Assembly: GCA_030704615.1 (NCBI GenBank)
Contig: CM060731.1
Location: forward strand, 40,734,001-40,798,000
Source: Takakia lepidozioides
Taxonomy: Eukaryota > Plantae > Bryophyta
Length of the DNA stretch: 64,000 bases
Direction: 5' to 3'
Part shown: piece after piece, positions 12,788 through 27,526 of the stretch
Layout of the letters: every line of letters starts with the position of its first letter
Numbering within the stretch: the stretch's first letter is position 1
Notes under the pieces: generated by a model
The model's input: the letters and a program-made list of their open reading frames with translations, nothing else
The model's database searches: none
Told to the model about the DNA's origin: nothing
Position numbers and translations under genes: made by a program

Positions 12788-14982
12788 TTAGGGCCCAAGG
12801 TTGTCTTGAAAGTTGTTGTGGCTTTAATGCCGGATAGGTGTATGTTGGAAGGCACCCATAATAATTAAAGGGGGTCTCTTGGTCAACCGGTCACCTAATA
12901 TGTGGGTATCTGGTTTCAAGTCCTTTGGGGAAGGTTTGGGCAACCACTTTGCTCTGATTATGGCCGTCAGTAGATGTTCACCTTCCACCTTCCCAACAGA
13001 AGGCAGGAGCCCTTCAGGACGAGACACCATGATTCTTTTTTGGTTTTTGCTGATGGAGAACGGTTGGCAGGGGTTGACACCAACAGGCTATTTGCAAGTA
13101 GTGGATGCTGCATCTAAATCATATGAGCTTCATCCTGATGGCAATAGGTATGTGATGTGCTCCCTCACAATATCCCTGAATATATTGGGAGTATGAATCT
13201 CAGCCTTTGATTGCCTTTGATCTTCTATTGATATTTAGGAGATGAAATTGGTAAGAGCGTGTGGGTTCTTCTCGCGCAAATCAAAGCTGTAGAAGAATCT
13301 GTTAAAGCTCCACTTCTTCCCATCATATTTTCATCCATGAGAGGGAATGCAGCCACTGGGCTAACACTTTTGAAGGGTTCAAGTCTGGTTTCTTGAAAGA
13401 AATTACACAAAGACTTAAGTGGTCAAGGTGAAACAAGGTTTGAGAAGTCAGAATAAATTGGCCAAATGAAAAGGGCTGAAGACTGGTGGGGGGGGGAGGA
13501 GTTCCACTGCACCTCATCCTCCAGTTCAAAGAAGTTCGATATCGTTGTACATGAGAAATGCTATCATTCAGTGCCTGTTTTGGGAGTGAGAAAAATCCAC
13601 TCACCAAGGTTTTTTGCCCAAATTTGACAATTCGTCTCCAGGGAATGAAGTGTTTACGTATCTGCTGGCATTTATGTCATCCTAACATAACGTGGCAATG
13701 ATTCCAATACCCATCTTGCCAGAAACAGATGTGGGAAATATGGTTGTGGTTGCACCGCGAGTCATATGCCACACTGTTAAAGAGAACGGTGAAAGACAGA
13801 TGTAGTTGTACTACGTAGACTTTGCCAATACTATTTTTCTTGTGGGTTTGGAAGGAGGAGAAAATGTTGGGACAGGTGGGGGTATCCAGAGAGGAGAGGA
13901 GAGGAGAGGGTCATAAGTGCTCTTGAGATTTTCTCAATGATAGCATCAATTTGAGTGACTTACCCCAAAATTGAGAAGAGCCACAGCCTGTATGACATGT
14001 ATGTTGTCAGCTAGATGTCTAGAGCTCAGTGCTGCCATGCTTGCTATTGCATTAATAGGAGGCACCAAGAGGTTGCATCAAATCTCAAACACCGGTTTTG
14101 CCTTGTGCAGGTGAGCTACTATGCACTTTGGGTCTGCGTAGCTGCAGACCACCACCAAAGACTTAACCTCTCTCCCTTCTTATCATAGAGCGAACACTCA
14201 TCCATGCACAAATATGGCAGTTGTTTTTGGGTTCAAAAGCAAACATCTGGGTATATGGGCAGTTAGATGCCCCAAAGGCAGGCATTTTCTTCAGTAACAT
14301 TACTAAGTGTGTTTGCCAATCTGTTAACCTTCTATATTGCTGGCCTGATACTGCTAGTAGCCCTTTTCCATTTTCCTTGCATACAGAAGAATCTTGCCAT
14401 CAGTTACCAAGAGCTTCACTGTTCTACATGATCCTCCTGTGTTGTGTGGTTTCTCTCTGCTTTGTATTTTGGGTCCTGTCCTTCAGAACATTTCAGAAAT
14501 GAGTGGTCATCCAACAGATGGTCCAGTGGTTAGGGTCCAAGGTTGTCTTGAAAGTTGTTGCGGGTTTAATGCCGTATAGTTGTATGTTGGAAGTCACCCA
14601 TTATAATCATAAAAGGGGGTCTCTTGGTCCACTGGTCACCTAATATGTGGGTACCTGGGATTTTTCAAGGACGGTTTGGGCAATCACGTTGCTCTGATTA
14701 TGGCCGTCAGAAGGTGTCCACCTTCCGCTCTCCCAACAGAAGGCAGTAGCCCTTCAGGGTGACGAGACACCATGATTTACCTTTTTTGGTTTTTGCTGAT
14801 TAAGAACGTTTGGCAGGGGTTGACACCAACAGGCTATTTGCAAGTAGTGGATGCTGCGTCTGAATCATGTGAGCTTCATCCTGATGGCAATAGGTATGTG
14901 ATATGTGTTCCCTCACAATATCCCTGAATACATTGGGAGCATTGCAGAACAAATATCTTATGAATCTAAGCCTTTGATTGCA
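12788..14982. repeat. ~430-bp direct repeat pair (~12788-13215 and ~14530-14982)
   Basis: tagggcccaaggttgtcttgaaagttg...gaatctcagcctttgattgc is duplicated with high similarity 1.74 kb apart; no TG...CA ends or PBS seen. Confidence 0.85.
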
Positions 14983-15399
14983 AAGAAATGGACAGCTCTG
15001 TGTTTTGACTGACTCGGCTATCTTAAAGTCCTAGTAGGGAACCGGAAGTATAGATCCTGCCTTTCAGTTCAGGGCACAGAAAAGGCTACGTGAGCAAGGT
15101 TTGACTGTAACAGCAAAAAAAGTTGATTCTCAGGGCTGGCATGTTATTGCAGGTTTGATTTTCGAGAAGGACTGGTGAGATAGAAGATTTGAGGCAGCCT
15201 CGGTGTAACGCTGCAACATTTTTACTGCTATTAGGAGGAATAATGTGAGCTTGGAAGATCCGAAGGTGCAGTGTTTACTTTGAGATTTCCTCGAGTCTCA
15301 GGCTCCCTACGCAGTGGTCACTGAGTCATCTGAGGCATCAGGTACAAAATGGGGCATGATTGGGCTTTGCTAAACAGTTGGTCTTGGGTTTGAAGCTAT

Positions 15400-17480
15400 G
15401 TAACAGGTGACATTAAGGTATTATTCTCAGGACCTGTGTTTGATGCATGGACCCCCAAGACTAGCAAATCATTTTGGAATTCCTAGGTTGGGTTTGCATG
15501 GAGTCCCCACTCACCATTGTGTATTTGCATTTGCAAGAATGCATTCCGTGCAACAGCTCGGCCTTTGTGGTGATGGCCTTGCAGTTCTCTTGTATGTCTT
15601 TGGTTCAATTTGGTGGGATAACGGGGCTACACATTTTACTAGTGCAGAACGACAGGAAAAAACACCACAATAATCTATCCTGTAATTAAAGAACTTCCAA
15701 ATGTATGCAGCAGCAAGGGGTGGTACTGTGTGGAAAGGAAGCGATTTTAGGCACTGCAGCAAATGCGCATACCACTTCCCCGGAACAAGACGCGGGCAGG
15801 ACTTTCATTTGATACCCAAGTAGGAAATATAAGTAGGAAATGTGTGGGTTTGTATGATCAGGAAGCAGATAAAATGGAACCTTCTCTACAGTATGAAGGC
15901 CGCTTGGCCAAAACGGCTGGCTAGTGTTTGGATGCCATCTAGGCACTGTTCATTGAGGCAAAACTTGCCTGGTGGCAGTGTTTTCATGCATGGATACATT
16001 GCTTCCAGTTGTATCTGTACCATGACCCTAGCTGAAATCTCCACCCCTCCCGTAAGTGTATCTCCAGTACAAGCATTTCAACTGCCTGTCAATGATAAGG
16101 CTGTTGTACCCTAACCATCCCCACCAGAACGCGGCTATTTTTGTGGCCATGAATAACACTCCTTCATTATTCTGCACTCAGGCCTGCCATAGAATCTGAA
16201 TGGTATCTTCCAGAAATGCAGTGTGACTGTCAGGACCAGTCTGTCTGAGCAAGATATCAGTACAGACTGTTATTCTACATGTTTGAAAGGCCCCACATTT
16301 GGACTTTGCCAATGTAATGTTCCATTCTCATGGACCGACCCTGAAGCAAGCCATGGCTGACAGTTGAGAAGCCACGAATTGTTCAATTGTGGGGTCGCAA
16401 GGCTCACTAAGTTTCCAAGGGCCCCACCCCTTCGTAATTTCGAGGGTCTTGTCACTCGACACATCTTTTCATAGCATTGACATGTCTAGCATTGGCATCC
16501 TCAAGATCACACCTCCAATGCCCAATCTTGTTGCTACGATTGCGGGTTTCCTCGTCGTATGTGATACGTGCAATTGAGCGACACTTGAAGAACAAAGATG
16601 CTCACACTCTAGTGGTCCGGAGATGATTACCGCTGAACAACACTAACCTCTTATTCCAGGTAGGAAGCAACCCAAAAGTATATGGGCTGTACCTCACGCA
16701 GATGATGCAAGGGAAACCACGCATACAGGAGTACATTTGGATCTGTGTGGGTGATAAGAGGGCAGCGGTGGACGCATGGAAGCTTGAGAAACGATGGGAT
16801 TAAGTACTCTCGATGCCAGTTGGCCCCTGCATTCCATACTAGCAACATGCTGGCAACTGGGATCCAGGAGTGGATTCAAGTACTCCAGGTGGAACCTTGG
16901 AAGGATCTGGTGCAGGAAAAATATAAGTTATATTTCATGCACTGCATCTCGAGATGCCATTTCTAGACTGCACTGCTCCACTTTATAGTCAGAAAGGTAG
17001 GCACTGGGTCCACTTAGTCAGAACGGTAAAGTCTGCTAACAGGCTCAATTCCTGACTGCCCTACCCCCTAAGTCAAGCCATCATTCCTTCTCCTTTTTCC
17101 TTCTCAGTAGATGGATGAAAATGCAATCCTCAAAACCCATTTTCCAATATCTTGTCACAGCATTCTTTGTTGGCCCGTTTGATAGACTGTTTGGGGTTGG
17201 ATGCCCGTGTGAAATATCTAGGTGATGATTGGTTCCACAGGAGTGATAGAAGAGGCATTCATAAGATACGACTCATCAATGCGGTCATCCTGAGCTGAGG
17301 CAATGAGGTACCACCTAGGTACTTCTCAAGAAGCCTCTTGAAGATCTGCGCTCGCTCTTTTGGCTCATGCCATGCCCTTTTTTGGTTGTTGTTTTTATTG
17401 TTTGTTTGTTCTCCAGGGTTTGCCTTGAATGTCTGAATTGAACCTATCAGTCTATCACACAAAGCCCACACCACCAAAAC
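15400..17480 (-). mobile_element. Highly degenerate L1-like LINE ORF2 remnant
   Basis: Scattered minus-strand motifs in the expected order: Y(T)FGLLPTWNKRL (YLGLP-like), RLGIGGVILRMPML (GGLG-like), AAAYIWKFF (zf-RVT-like); many stops. Confidence 0.4.
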
Positions 17481-19089
17481 TTGTGAATCACATATCTTCC
17501 CAGCAATTGTGGGCTTATGGGAAGTTCAGGCATTATCCCTACTGAGCTTGATAATCTAATAAGAAACCCGTCCTAACAATCGTTTACCAACACCCTCACT
17601 GTTATGCATATGCGTGATAAAAAATAACAATACTAAAAAAACACTTTTATTCATTGGGAAGAGCGCAAGGGAGGTTATGGCAAACTCCAGTCTCATGGGA
17701 AGCTCAATTAATTGAATCAACCTTTGCACGCTAGCTGAAATCGGAGGCGGCAACCAATGAGAGCTCCACACAGATCTCATATGACATTCGGACAGGCATA
17801 TTCATGAGTTCAACTAGTCCAGGATCTCGCTATATCTTTGTCTGTCTGTGACAAGGCACTTCGTCATTAAAGGCAACGGAACTTGCCGCCAACCAAATTA
17901 ACCAGCGAATTATGGAAGCCTGATTTCCCAAGCCCGGAGCGCCGGCAGATTACTGGACACCATTAACTTGCATCAGTCTCTTTGAGCAAATCCTTTTCGG
18001 AATTGGTCGAACATACTGTCTTGGAGTTGTTTTTTAGGTGGTGTCTGAAGGATGCACGGATGCAGCAGTAAGCGCAGCCGCCGTAAGAAGGGTACTTTTA
18101 CCCTTCTCCTTTATAGTGGACGGCACAATAACTTGGTCAGAGAATTTGCATTATGGTGCCCATGTGTCGCTGTCCTTCTGACTCTTACAACTTACAAGCT
18201 TCTCGCCCAACTTCCGTGGTGGACCGTCCTGGGTTGCTACGTTGCTACTTCTCCTACCAATCTCCACTCTCCATTTTCAGATACCAATGAAACGTTCAGA
18301 TAATTTACAGTTCAAAGTTCAAACTAGCTAGGTACCAGCATCGGTGCATGCCTGTACACAGAGATGACATCAGCCATGAAAAATGATTGGGATCCGATCT
18401 AGCCTACCTCCAAACATGGCCGCACCGCTCTTGCATGCAACCCTCTCTGTGTCTATGCTCTCTCTAACTTAATCTCTCTCTCTCTTCTTGAACGGAGTGC
18501 GCCAGACCTTCCCAGTGACTCAGTCTTCTGCTTGCCCACCAACTCTCCCTCCCTCCTCTTTCTTCTTTTCCTTTTTCCTTTCTTCTCTTTCTCTGCTACA
18601 TACTACATGCCCACCCTCCCCTGATCTTTCTCTACACAGTCCTCTGCCCGGTCTCTGCCCGCTGCCCGTGACTAGCTATCGTTTTCGATCCCTGACCCCG
18701 GGCAGCACCTACCTTTTTCCACAATGGCAGTAAAGTTTCTGTACTCAGTCAAAACAGACTGACATGTTTTCACATGTTTTATTTCACCCATGTGAAGGGA
18801 ACTTTTTTTCTTTTGTTTTAAAAAATAAAGAGGGGAAGAGGCCCTCGGATTTTTATTAAATGATGGGGAAAAAAACAAACCCCAAGGGGCCATAAGGCTA
18901 ACACGCCAAATTGGCGAGGGGGAACCCATAGATGAGACTTTTCCGTTTACAATGTGTCGGCATTAGTGATGATTTCGTAACAATTAAATGATCTGAATTC
19001 AGTGCAACTTCCGAACCAAACAATGGGCAAACTCACACCCACCCTGGGCTGCCCGGCCGCCCACCTCATTGTGGGGCCAATGTTGGGCA

Positions 19090-20060
19090 CAATTATTCAC
19101 CGGCAATCCGTCCAATTTGCACGACATTTGCTCTTTCTCTGTCGACATGCTCCTACCTGATTATTATTGATTCATTTGTTTTTATATGTTGGTTAGTGTC
19201 TTGCGTACGCATACATCGTGCTAAATCCACCAAACTTAATGTAAGTAACAATGCCAGATACCCACGATGGGCTCCGGAAACTCCAGTTATGCACCGGCAA
19301 TTCAGCGGACATTTTCCCTCTTTCCTTCCACATGCCCCCACACCGATTATTGATTAATTTGTTTCCATAGGACGGTTTGGTTTGACGGGTGTAATCTGTG
19401 CTAAATCCACCAAACTCACCGCAATTAAACAATACCAGTTCGCAACGATTGGCTCGGGGGTTCGGGGCACTCCAATAATGCACCAGCAATTCACCACTCA
19501 TTTCCATTTCTCCGTTGACATGCCCCGACACTGATTATTAATTAAGTTAATTTGTTTTCATAAGAGTGTTTTTTTTTATAAAAAAATTATTAAAGAAAAG
19601 GGAAACACCTGGGAGCGACAGCTCACAAATCAGGCCCCTTGATAGAGAGGAGAAAATAACCTCTCAGTAACCTCGCCGTAAGGCTTTCCGAACTCCGCAG
19701 GGAAGGGGAAGAAGAGCGTACCACACCCGTCAAGTAGCAGGATTTGACCCCAAGGTCATCCGGATGGCACTCAGCGCACTTTACCAACTGAGCTACTGAC
19801 TGTTGGTGAGTGTGAGTGAAAATTCCAGGGCTTCCTCCCCTGTTCATTAAAAATAAAAATAAAAATAAAAAAGTAAATTTGTGCTAATTATGCGACATCC
19901 CAACAATGGGCTACCGGCACTCCAATTATGCACCGGAATTATACCTGACATTTTCTCATTCTCCGTCCACATGCGCCTGGCATTAAACATAAACTAATTT
20001 GTAATAATTATTGTTACTAAATTTGCTACAAAATCCACCGAACTGACCGTAATTAAATAA
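19090..20060. repeat. Array of ~190-bp diverged tandem units interrupted by a SINE and a retroposon tail
   Basis: The motif ..atgcaccggcaatt....gacatttt....ccacatgc recurs at ~19095, ~19285, ~19475 and ~19925. Confidence 0.7.
19570..19807 (-). mobile_element. tRNA-derived SINE, family A, copy 2
   Basis: Reverse complement of the 8936-9174 element; TSD gagtgt at 19564-19569 and 19808-19813. Confidence 0.9.
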
Positions 20061-20966
20061 TGATCGGTCGGAGCAGCATTGCCGGTTAATTGGGCAGGTA
20101 AGATAAAATAATTAACCCTGGTTAGGGAAAAGTGCAGAAGAGGGGAACTCGGGTTATCGGGGGAAATGCCAGCATTGCACGTGGCGGCCGCACAGAGCCG
20201 TTGGCCCGACAGTCGCAGGTGGGGTTCCTTACACATCAGTAGCCGTTGGATGGATCCATCTGGAGCGTATGATGCGAGGCACGTGACGGATCGATGACGT
20301 GGAAGGGGGTTAGGACAGTGGGTTGCGCAAATCGAGGTGGTAAGGTGTAATTAAGGGATATGAGACCGTTAGATTAGCGCTAATTAACCCGGCCTGTTCA
20401 AAATGTAGACACTCTTTTATTACTGTGTCTGTGGGCTCCATTCCACCAAAGTACTGTCTTCCGTTCTCTCTCTCTCTCTCTCTCTTCTCTGGTTCACTCT
20501 CCGATCTACCTTCCTTATTGAGAGTGCTTGAGGAAATCCTTCAAGCAATCGAAGAGATTTGATTGTTGGGAGAAGCTATACGATCCTCTCCTTTTCTCCA
20601 TTGATCACTGTGCTGCGTTGCTCTGCATCTCATCCTGCATCCATGGTTCCTGGGATCTTGTAAGCTCCAGTGAAGCTGCGCAATCACTCTCACCATCAGT
20701 GCATAGCCGGTACTTCCTCCAATGGCCCCTCTCTTGTAGTACATTGTTTTGTGGGCCAGTGTAGCCTCGCATTACTTGGTTTGTCTCCTGGCATGGATCG
20801 GCGGCACTGACTCTGGCTCTTCCCGTACCAGTTTTGGTTAGCTTACTGTCTATGTCACTCGCTCACATCAGACCCAGGAACGCTTGCATTCTGCAGCTGA
20901 TGCGAAGATAGCAGATTTCGGAATACAGATAATCAGGCACGAAACGTAGAGAACAAATCGGGAGGA

Positions 20967-23900
20967 ATGGCTGCTCCTCCAACCGTTGTCGTAGTTGCGC
21001 CCCCAGTGCCGCCTATTACCAAGCAAGAGGATTTGCATCACCATGCTATGGAACAGCTTCCTGGTCTCGCCTACTGCATCAATGACAATCCCCGATGGCG
21101 TGAGTGTCTCCCTCTGGATTTCGTGTGTGTACGGGTGGAGGGAGTTAGGCCGTCTGACGTTATTGCTCTTCAACCCTCAACCATGTACAGAGTTCAAAAA
21201 AGGATGAGGAGGAAAGTCCATAGCAGCACTGGGAGTCGTGTCTTCTGATGCAAATCCCTCCACGCTCTTTGCTTGTCATAGCACAGTGATTCCAATATGG
21301 GTGTCTCATAGCTTGTCGATTCTTCAAAGGCTTTTGTTTATATAGTGTGCCCCTTGTCGTCTTCCAGCAATGTTGCTACCTTTGGTAGTAATCTCAATCC
21401 GTGCACCTCAGTCACACTGAAATGGGTGAGCTTGGAAAAAGGAAATAAATGCCCGGTCTTGGGTGGCGGAGCCCTTCTGTTTGCACTTCCAATGTTATCA
21501 GCAGACTCCTTGCTCATGTTGAGATGGGACAATTGCAGCGGAGGCAATCTTTCTTGGATTTCAACACTATCTGACTATGCTGGGTACCTCGGTCTTAATT
21601 CCCCTACTTCTATTTCGTCAAATGGGCGGAGAAGCGGTATGTTTTCTTATTCATCAATGTGGGCTTCATTCTAGCCTACAAGTACTGTTGCCGGGGAGTG
21701 GGTGCTGTCGCGGGGGGTTGTCATTCGCAAAAGTCATCTGAAAGAAAAATCAAGTTTCGACCTAGCTTCCCTTAATCAGGAGGAATATCCAGTTCATGAT
21801 TGTGTAGTCTGAATCGTGGATTACTCATATGTGAAATTCTTGTCGACAGATAGAAGTCATGGCTTGTAGAATGTAGAATTCATGTGAATAGATAGATGAG
21901 GAGGAGGATTTGAACATACTGTGTCCTCAATTTGTGTGCAGGGGGACCTAGCCAGAACTATCCAATCGGTTCTCTTTGTGTCTGCTATCAACACTTTAGT
22001 TCAAACTTCTCTTGGCACCAGGCTACCCATAGTTATGGGCAATTCATTTTATTTCCTAGGCATAACCATGGCTATCATCAATAAAGCTAGTCTTGTCACC
22101 ATCCCTGATCCCCATGAGGTATGAATTGATATTACCTTCGGTTATCTGCTGTATTCATGATCATTGATTCCTTAGTGTTAGCCCATTTTACTCTTCTTTA
22201 TGAATCTCATCGAAGCCTTGTCAAATAGGATGCTGAATAGTGTGCTGTCATACATAGCAGATGCTTCGCATGCTCTACTCCATCTACATTTCATTGATTT
22301 TGAGTGTTCTCCAAACCAGCGTTTTATTCATTCCATGCGAGCTACGCAAGGCGCATTCATTGCTGGCTCCGCACTAAACATCATTCTCGGATTCAGTGGT
22401 CTCTGGGGTATTGCCTCAAGGTATGTCCGATCTGTCAATTTTCATAGAAAAAGCTGCCAATGTATCTTGTGCAGACTCGTATCTTTCAGGCTAATGAGAA
22501 TTTGTATGATGCAGGTATGTAAGTCCAATAGTCATAGCACCCGTGACAACCTTAGTTGGCCTTGGACTGTTCGAGCGTGGATTCCCTGGGGTAAGGCTAC
22601 AGCCCTGGCGTTAAGATCAATTGTCCGTTTGGACTGTGTGCTTCACCCATTATCTTGCACAGCAGTGAAGTAGTTATTATCAAAGGTTGGATGCGCACCA
22701 GGGATAGCTGATTTTCATTCTTGAATGTGATCAGGTTGCCAAATGTGTCGAAGTCGGTATTCCAGCATTGCTCCTCATCGTGATATTCTCTCAGGTTTGA
22801 GAAGGATGACCTGCTCCTGTTTAGAATCTTGCTATGTGGGCTGTGCAGTGCGAATTGATTTGCATTTCACTTCGAATCGCTTGCGTGCATCCAGTTGCTT
22901 CGTTTATTGTGTTGTGAAGATTATTTGTTCATAAAGAATTTGTCCACAACTTTCCAGGATCCTGATATCGTTTGTATGATCGTGCTTCTTTCAGTACATG
23001 AGGTACATTCATTTCCGACATGTTCACATATTTGAACTCTATCCCATCATATTTATGGTCATCATAGTGTGGGTATATGCGGCCATCCTTACTGTCGCCG
23101 GTGCATACGACCATGCTTCGGAGCTCGGACAGTTACATTGCAGGACCGATAGATCGGGAATTGTTTCTGGCGCTCCCTGGTACCCTCTTGTTCTAAACAT
23201 TCCAACTTCCTCCATTCTGTGTGACTGCTATCTGTGTTTGTGTATCTGGGTTTTGTGATAGCAGTGGCATTGATGATTGTACTGTTGGGAGCAGAAGTTT
23301 TGTAATTGTACACAAGCACAGCAGCGCAATGTGTCCATGGTGTAGTGGCAAAGCTTTTAAAGGGCCCTGTCCTCTTTCAGGGTCCGAATTCCTTACCCTC
23401 TCCAGTGGGGTGCACCAACCTTCGATGCTGGAGATGCTTTTGGAGTCATGGCTGCAGCTTTTGCTGCCCTTGTTGAGGTACTTCGCCCATAAGATATAAG
23501 ATCTGAGGAATGCCTTGCAATGGAGTGCGCTGGTGTGTTGTTTGCAAGCCATTGTCCTCGCTTGTTGAGGAATGTTTTTTCTAGTTATTCCCAAGTTAAG
23601 GTTTGTTTTCTGGTGAAATTTTTCTCAATGTTATCACTGTGGATTGTGCAGTCAACCGGGGGTTTCTATGCTGTGTCTCGTTTAGCTGGTGCTACACCAC
23701 CACCACCATATGTTATCAGTCGTGGTATCGGGTGGCAGGTACTGTGTCCTTTCTCATTCTTGAGTTTGTTGTAATGACCATTCTCTGAGCATATCCTTCC
23801 AATAGTTGTCTTTCAGGGCCATTCTGATTTTGCTTTCTGTGAATTGTCAGGGGATTGGAGTGCTACTGAATGGAGCTTGGGGCACATTTACTGGTCCCAC

Positions 23901-25102
23901 TGTGGCTCCGTAAGTGTTGTCATTTGCTCATTGGATGTTACAAAATCTAATTCTCTTTCTGTTTACTTCAAGGTGACCCACTTATTGACAAGCATGTTGT
24001 ATTTTCAGGGAGAATGTGGGTTTGATTGGACTGACACGTGTTGGAAGCCGTCGGGTGATTCAAATCTCTGCTGGCTTTATGCTCTTTTTCTCCATTTTTG
24101 GTCCGTCCATGAATCCACTCTTTCTGAACAGTCTGGTTATGCAAGCATGCTAGTGCAGTAAGTTCTGATGAGGTAGTTTTACCACTCTATGCTATAGATG
24201 GTTCATACATGGGGTCTGTTCTAATTGTCTCATATGTCCAATGAGTCATTGGTTTAGTCTACTGATGTTGTACTTATGTTGGACTTCACCAGGTAAATTT
24301 GGGGGTATTTTGGCATCCATCCCACAGCCAATAGTTGCAGCTATTCTCGCTGTAACATTCGGGATGGTTGGTATGTATCAGTTTTACTTGAATTAACCTT
24401 GTGGTTGTCTAAGAATCATTTGTGGTGGACCTCTTTCCAATATGAGAAGTTATCCACTGTTTCTGTCTTTGCCTGTACACAGCTGTGTAACAGGAATGCT
24501 GATGGATGGAATGTCGTGCATGGGTACAGCGGGAACTGGCATTTCACAGCTGCAGTTTGCAAACATGAATATGACACGGAACATCTTCATTGTGGGCTTC
24601 TCAATTTTCCTTGGACTATCAGTTCCACAATACTTTAACGAATTCACGATACGAGCCGGTCATGGGCCTGTGAATACTGGAGCAGCTTGGGTATGTCATC
24701 CATTTCTTTTCTCAGGTTAAAGATTCTGGGTTCAGGCTATTTATTGGCCCACTTGCAGGTGGGTATCAAATGTGTAGAGAACTGGGAATGGTTTCCGGGA
24801 TATGATTCTGCAGATGCCAAATTTTATGTTTCGCTGATTTTAAGTACAAACTACCTCATTCTGTTCTGTTTGTGGGTTGGTCAACACAGTTCAACGACAT
24901 CCTCAATGTCTTCTTCTCGTCCTCTGTGGTTGTGGCAATGGTGGTAGCGCTGATTTTGGACAATACCCTGAAAAGGCATGTGTCAATGAAGGATCGGGGT
25001 ATGCTGTGGACACGAAAATTCCGACATTTTGGAGCAGATCCTCGAAACCTTGAATTCTACCGCCTTCCTTTGGGTCTCCATAAGTTCTTTCCCCCAACAT
25101 GA
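20967..25102 (+). CDS. NAT: Nucleobase-ascorbate transporter (NAT/NCS2 family); 14 exons: 20967-21099, 21539-21636, 21942-22118, 22320-22420, 22515-22590, 22735-22794, 22995-23179, 23381-23477, 23652-23738, 23851-23909, 24009-24100, 24293-24370, 24530-24690, 24890-25102
   Basis: All exons join in frame with GT-AG borders; QH motif (LGFQHYLTMLG), NAT signature ENVGLIGLTRVGSRRV, CRTDRSG, C-terminal EFYRLPLGLHKFFPPT. Confidence 0.96.
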
Positions 25103-27526
25103 AAACTATCGGGGTTCTGATTTTTGGCATGGAGGGGTGTTTCCCTCAATAGATTGTTTCGAGGTTGACGAAAGGCTCGTTTGCTGATAACAGACAGCTT
25201 TTTTCAGGTGCTCATGAAAACATGCCCAGTGCTGTTGGGTAGAATATTGGGGTTCTTCCACCATGCGCCAGAGTCCAGGGATTAATCATGTTCTCAAAAA
25301 ATATGACAATGATTTGCTTGGTGCAAAATCTCAAAATTTTGTAGTTTGTAATTTGTGAAATATCAGAGGTAGGAGAATAGGGGCTGGGATGGGATGATGG
25401 TACGATTATAGGCTGGTGTTCCCACTTTCGTTCTGAGTTGAACTCTATGACCTTTTTCAAGTTGGGAATTCTGCTAGTGAATGTTGAACTCTTCACTAAA
25501 TCATGGAAAGTTGTAGCCTACACTTCCAAGCAGTTTTGCTGTGTTGATCATGTTTGTCAAGCTGTTTGATTATGTCTGCATGAGTCTGTAACATGGCGAC
25601 TGTGTTTTGAATACAGCGAAGGTATTAACTTCTGTGCTTTATGAATTGTCTTCTGTCTCTATCTCCTGTGATGGAAAATTGCCATGCAACAAGTAAAGCC
25701 AACATAGATAATCTATTTGGAGGATTAAACCTTTAGTAGACAAAAAACTTTTCTTAAATGTCTGGCAGTCTGCCAAAGGCGGATAGTGAACTCTGTAGAT
25801 CATACGAGGTGAAGATTGAGTGCTTGTGCTGTACTCAAACAACGAAATGCGAAGGTGTGTACTTAACAAATTGTCCAGCTACATGTGACTCTTCCTGCCG
25901 TGCAGGTAATAAGGGGTGAGGCCTGAGGTAGACTTGATTGAAGGTGGTTTTGTAAAGTTAGTAGAAAGCGCTTTTAGGTGAGAGAAACACATAGACATAT
26001 ATAAATGACATCAACCAGTGGCCTCTTCCCCTGGCGCGTGAGAGAAACATAGTAAGAGCCATGGGCCCTCTTCAATGTGCTGTTGCTCGAAGTCGCGGAC
26101 ATGGCAGAACCAGAAATGGTCTTCAACTTTGTGGCGGGACTGGCCCCATGGGCCAGGCGGAAGTTGGCACGTGAGAGAAACATAGTAAGGGCCATGAGGT
26201 AACATGAATAACAAGGCAGTGTTTGAAGTGCAATAGTGAGTGAAAGATCAGGTTGTCGCACTTGTACTTCGAGACGTTTAACTTACATAAAATTTATGGC
26301 AACTCTGATAACTAAAAATAAAACTGAAAATCCTCATCCTACCTGTATAGTTTTAGTTTATGCATTAATGTGCTCTGCACCAATCTGAGTACTCAATGAA
26401 GAGTAGATAAGAAAACACAAGACTATATTTCAACAAAAACTGCTCCAGCCCACAATTGGCCACAAAAACCGCATTGCCAAAGACAAGTTTCAAGTAACAT
26501 ATCTCTCTCTCGCGCACGGAAACACTCAAATTCTAACAGGGGCTTGGACACTCTTGGAATACATCTAGCAAATTCCAAATGAAGCTTGTCAAAATGCTCA
26601 AATGCTCCACCTTGCACATTGAGGATTCCATATAGACTTTGTGCTATGTCATACAGGTCGAACAGTATTGCATCCAGGGCTTATGAAATTTTCTCATTTG
26701 CACATGAGAAACCTGCAGTCAATCAACCCACCATTGGCAACTCTGCTTTCAAGTCAACCAATTTGCCACCTTCCTCATCTCCAACTCTCAAGTATTTCTC
26801 ATTTTGAAACTCATCCATCGTGTCTGCCTCCTGCGACGGTATGCATAATTGAAAGATAATTTGAAATCTACTCATTAGCTGAACACGTATGGCATGCATG
26901 ATCGGGAACCCCGAAGAAAACGAAACTTCGAAACCCACAACAGAGGTTGTTGGCCAACTTGTAGTGATCCAGCTTCCTGCGAGGTTATGTGATGGACCTG
27001 TGGCAAAACAAACCTTGGTTTAGACCTGTTGTTCAATTCCACATGACATGGTCCAAAAAACTAAATCCAGCACACTCACACCAGCCATAAGGCCGAACAG
27101 ACTACTTACCACTGCGTTTTGAGGTGTGAATACATGGTGTGCATGTTTCTTTTTCATCTACTCATCCCTTTAAAGTACTCTTCAAAGTACCATTCACCGC
27201 ATCCCAAACTCCTCGATGGGTAAAAAGTCTAGGGTTCAACCTACCACTCCACTCCCTGTCTACCTTCTAAAACCATACCCCACTATGGTACAATAATCTT
27301 ATACAGAAAACCTGAAAAGAAAACCCAGCCTACCTTGAGACCCCATGGATGGTAAAATGATTGGACAAGCTTCAAATCATTGATCCATCCTGGTTAGTAC
27401 CCTGTTCAACATATTACTTCCAACTGACATGAACCAACCATATCTATCTTGTTCAAAGAAGTTACCTCCACATTTGCATTATAATCTTTCAGTGCTCGAT
27501 GTACATCCACATACACAACGATAGCA

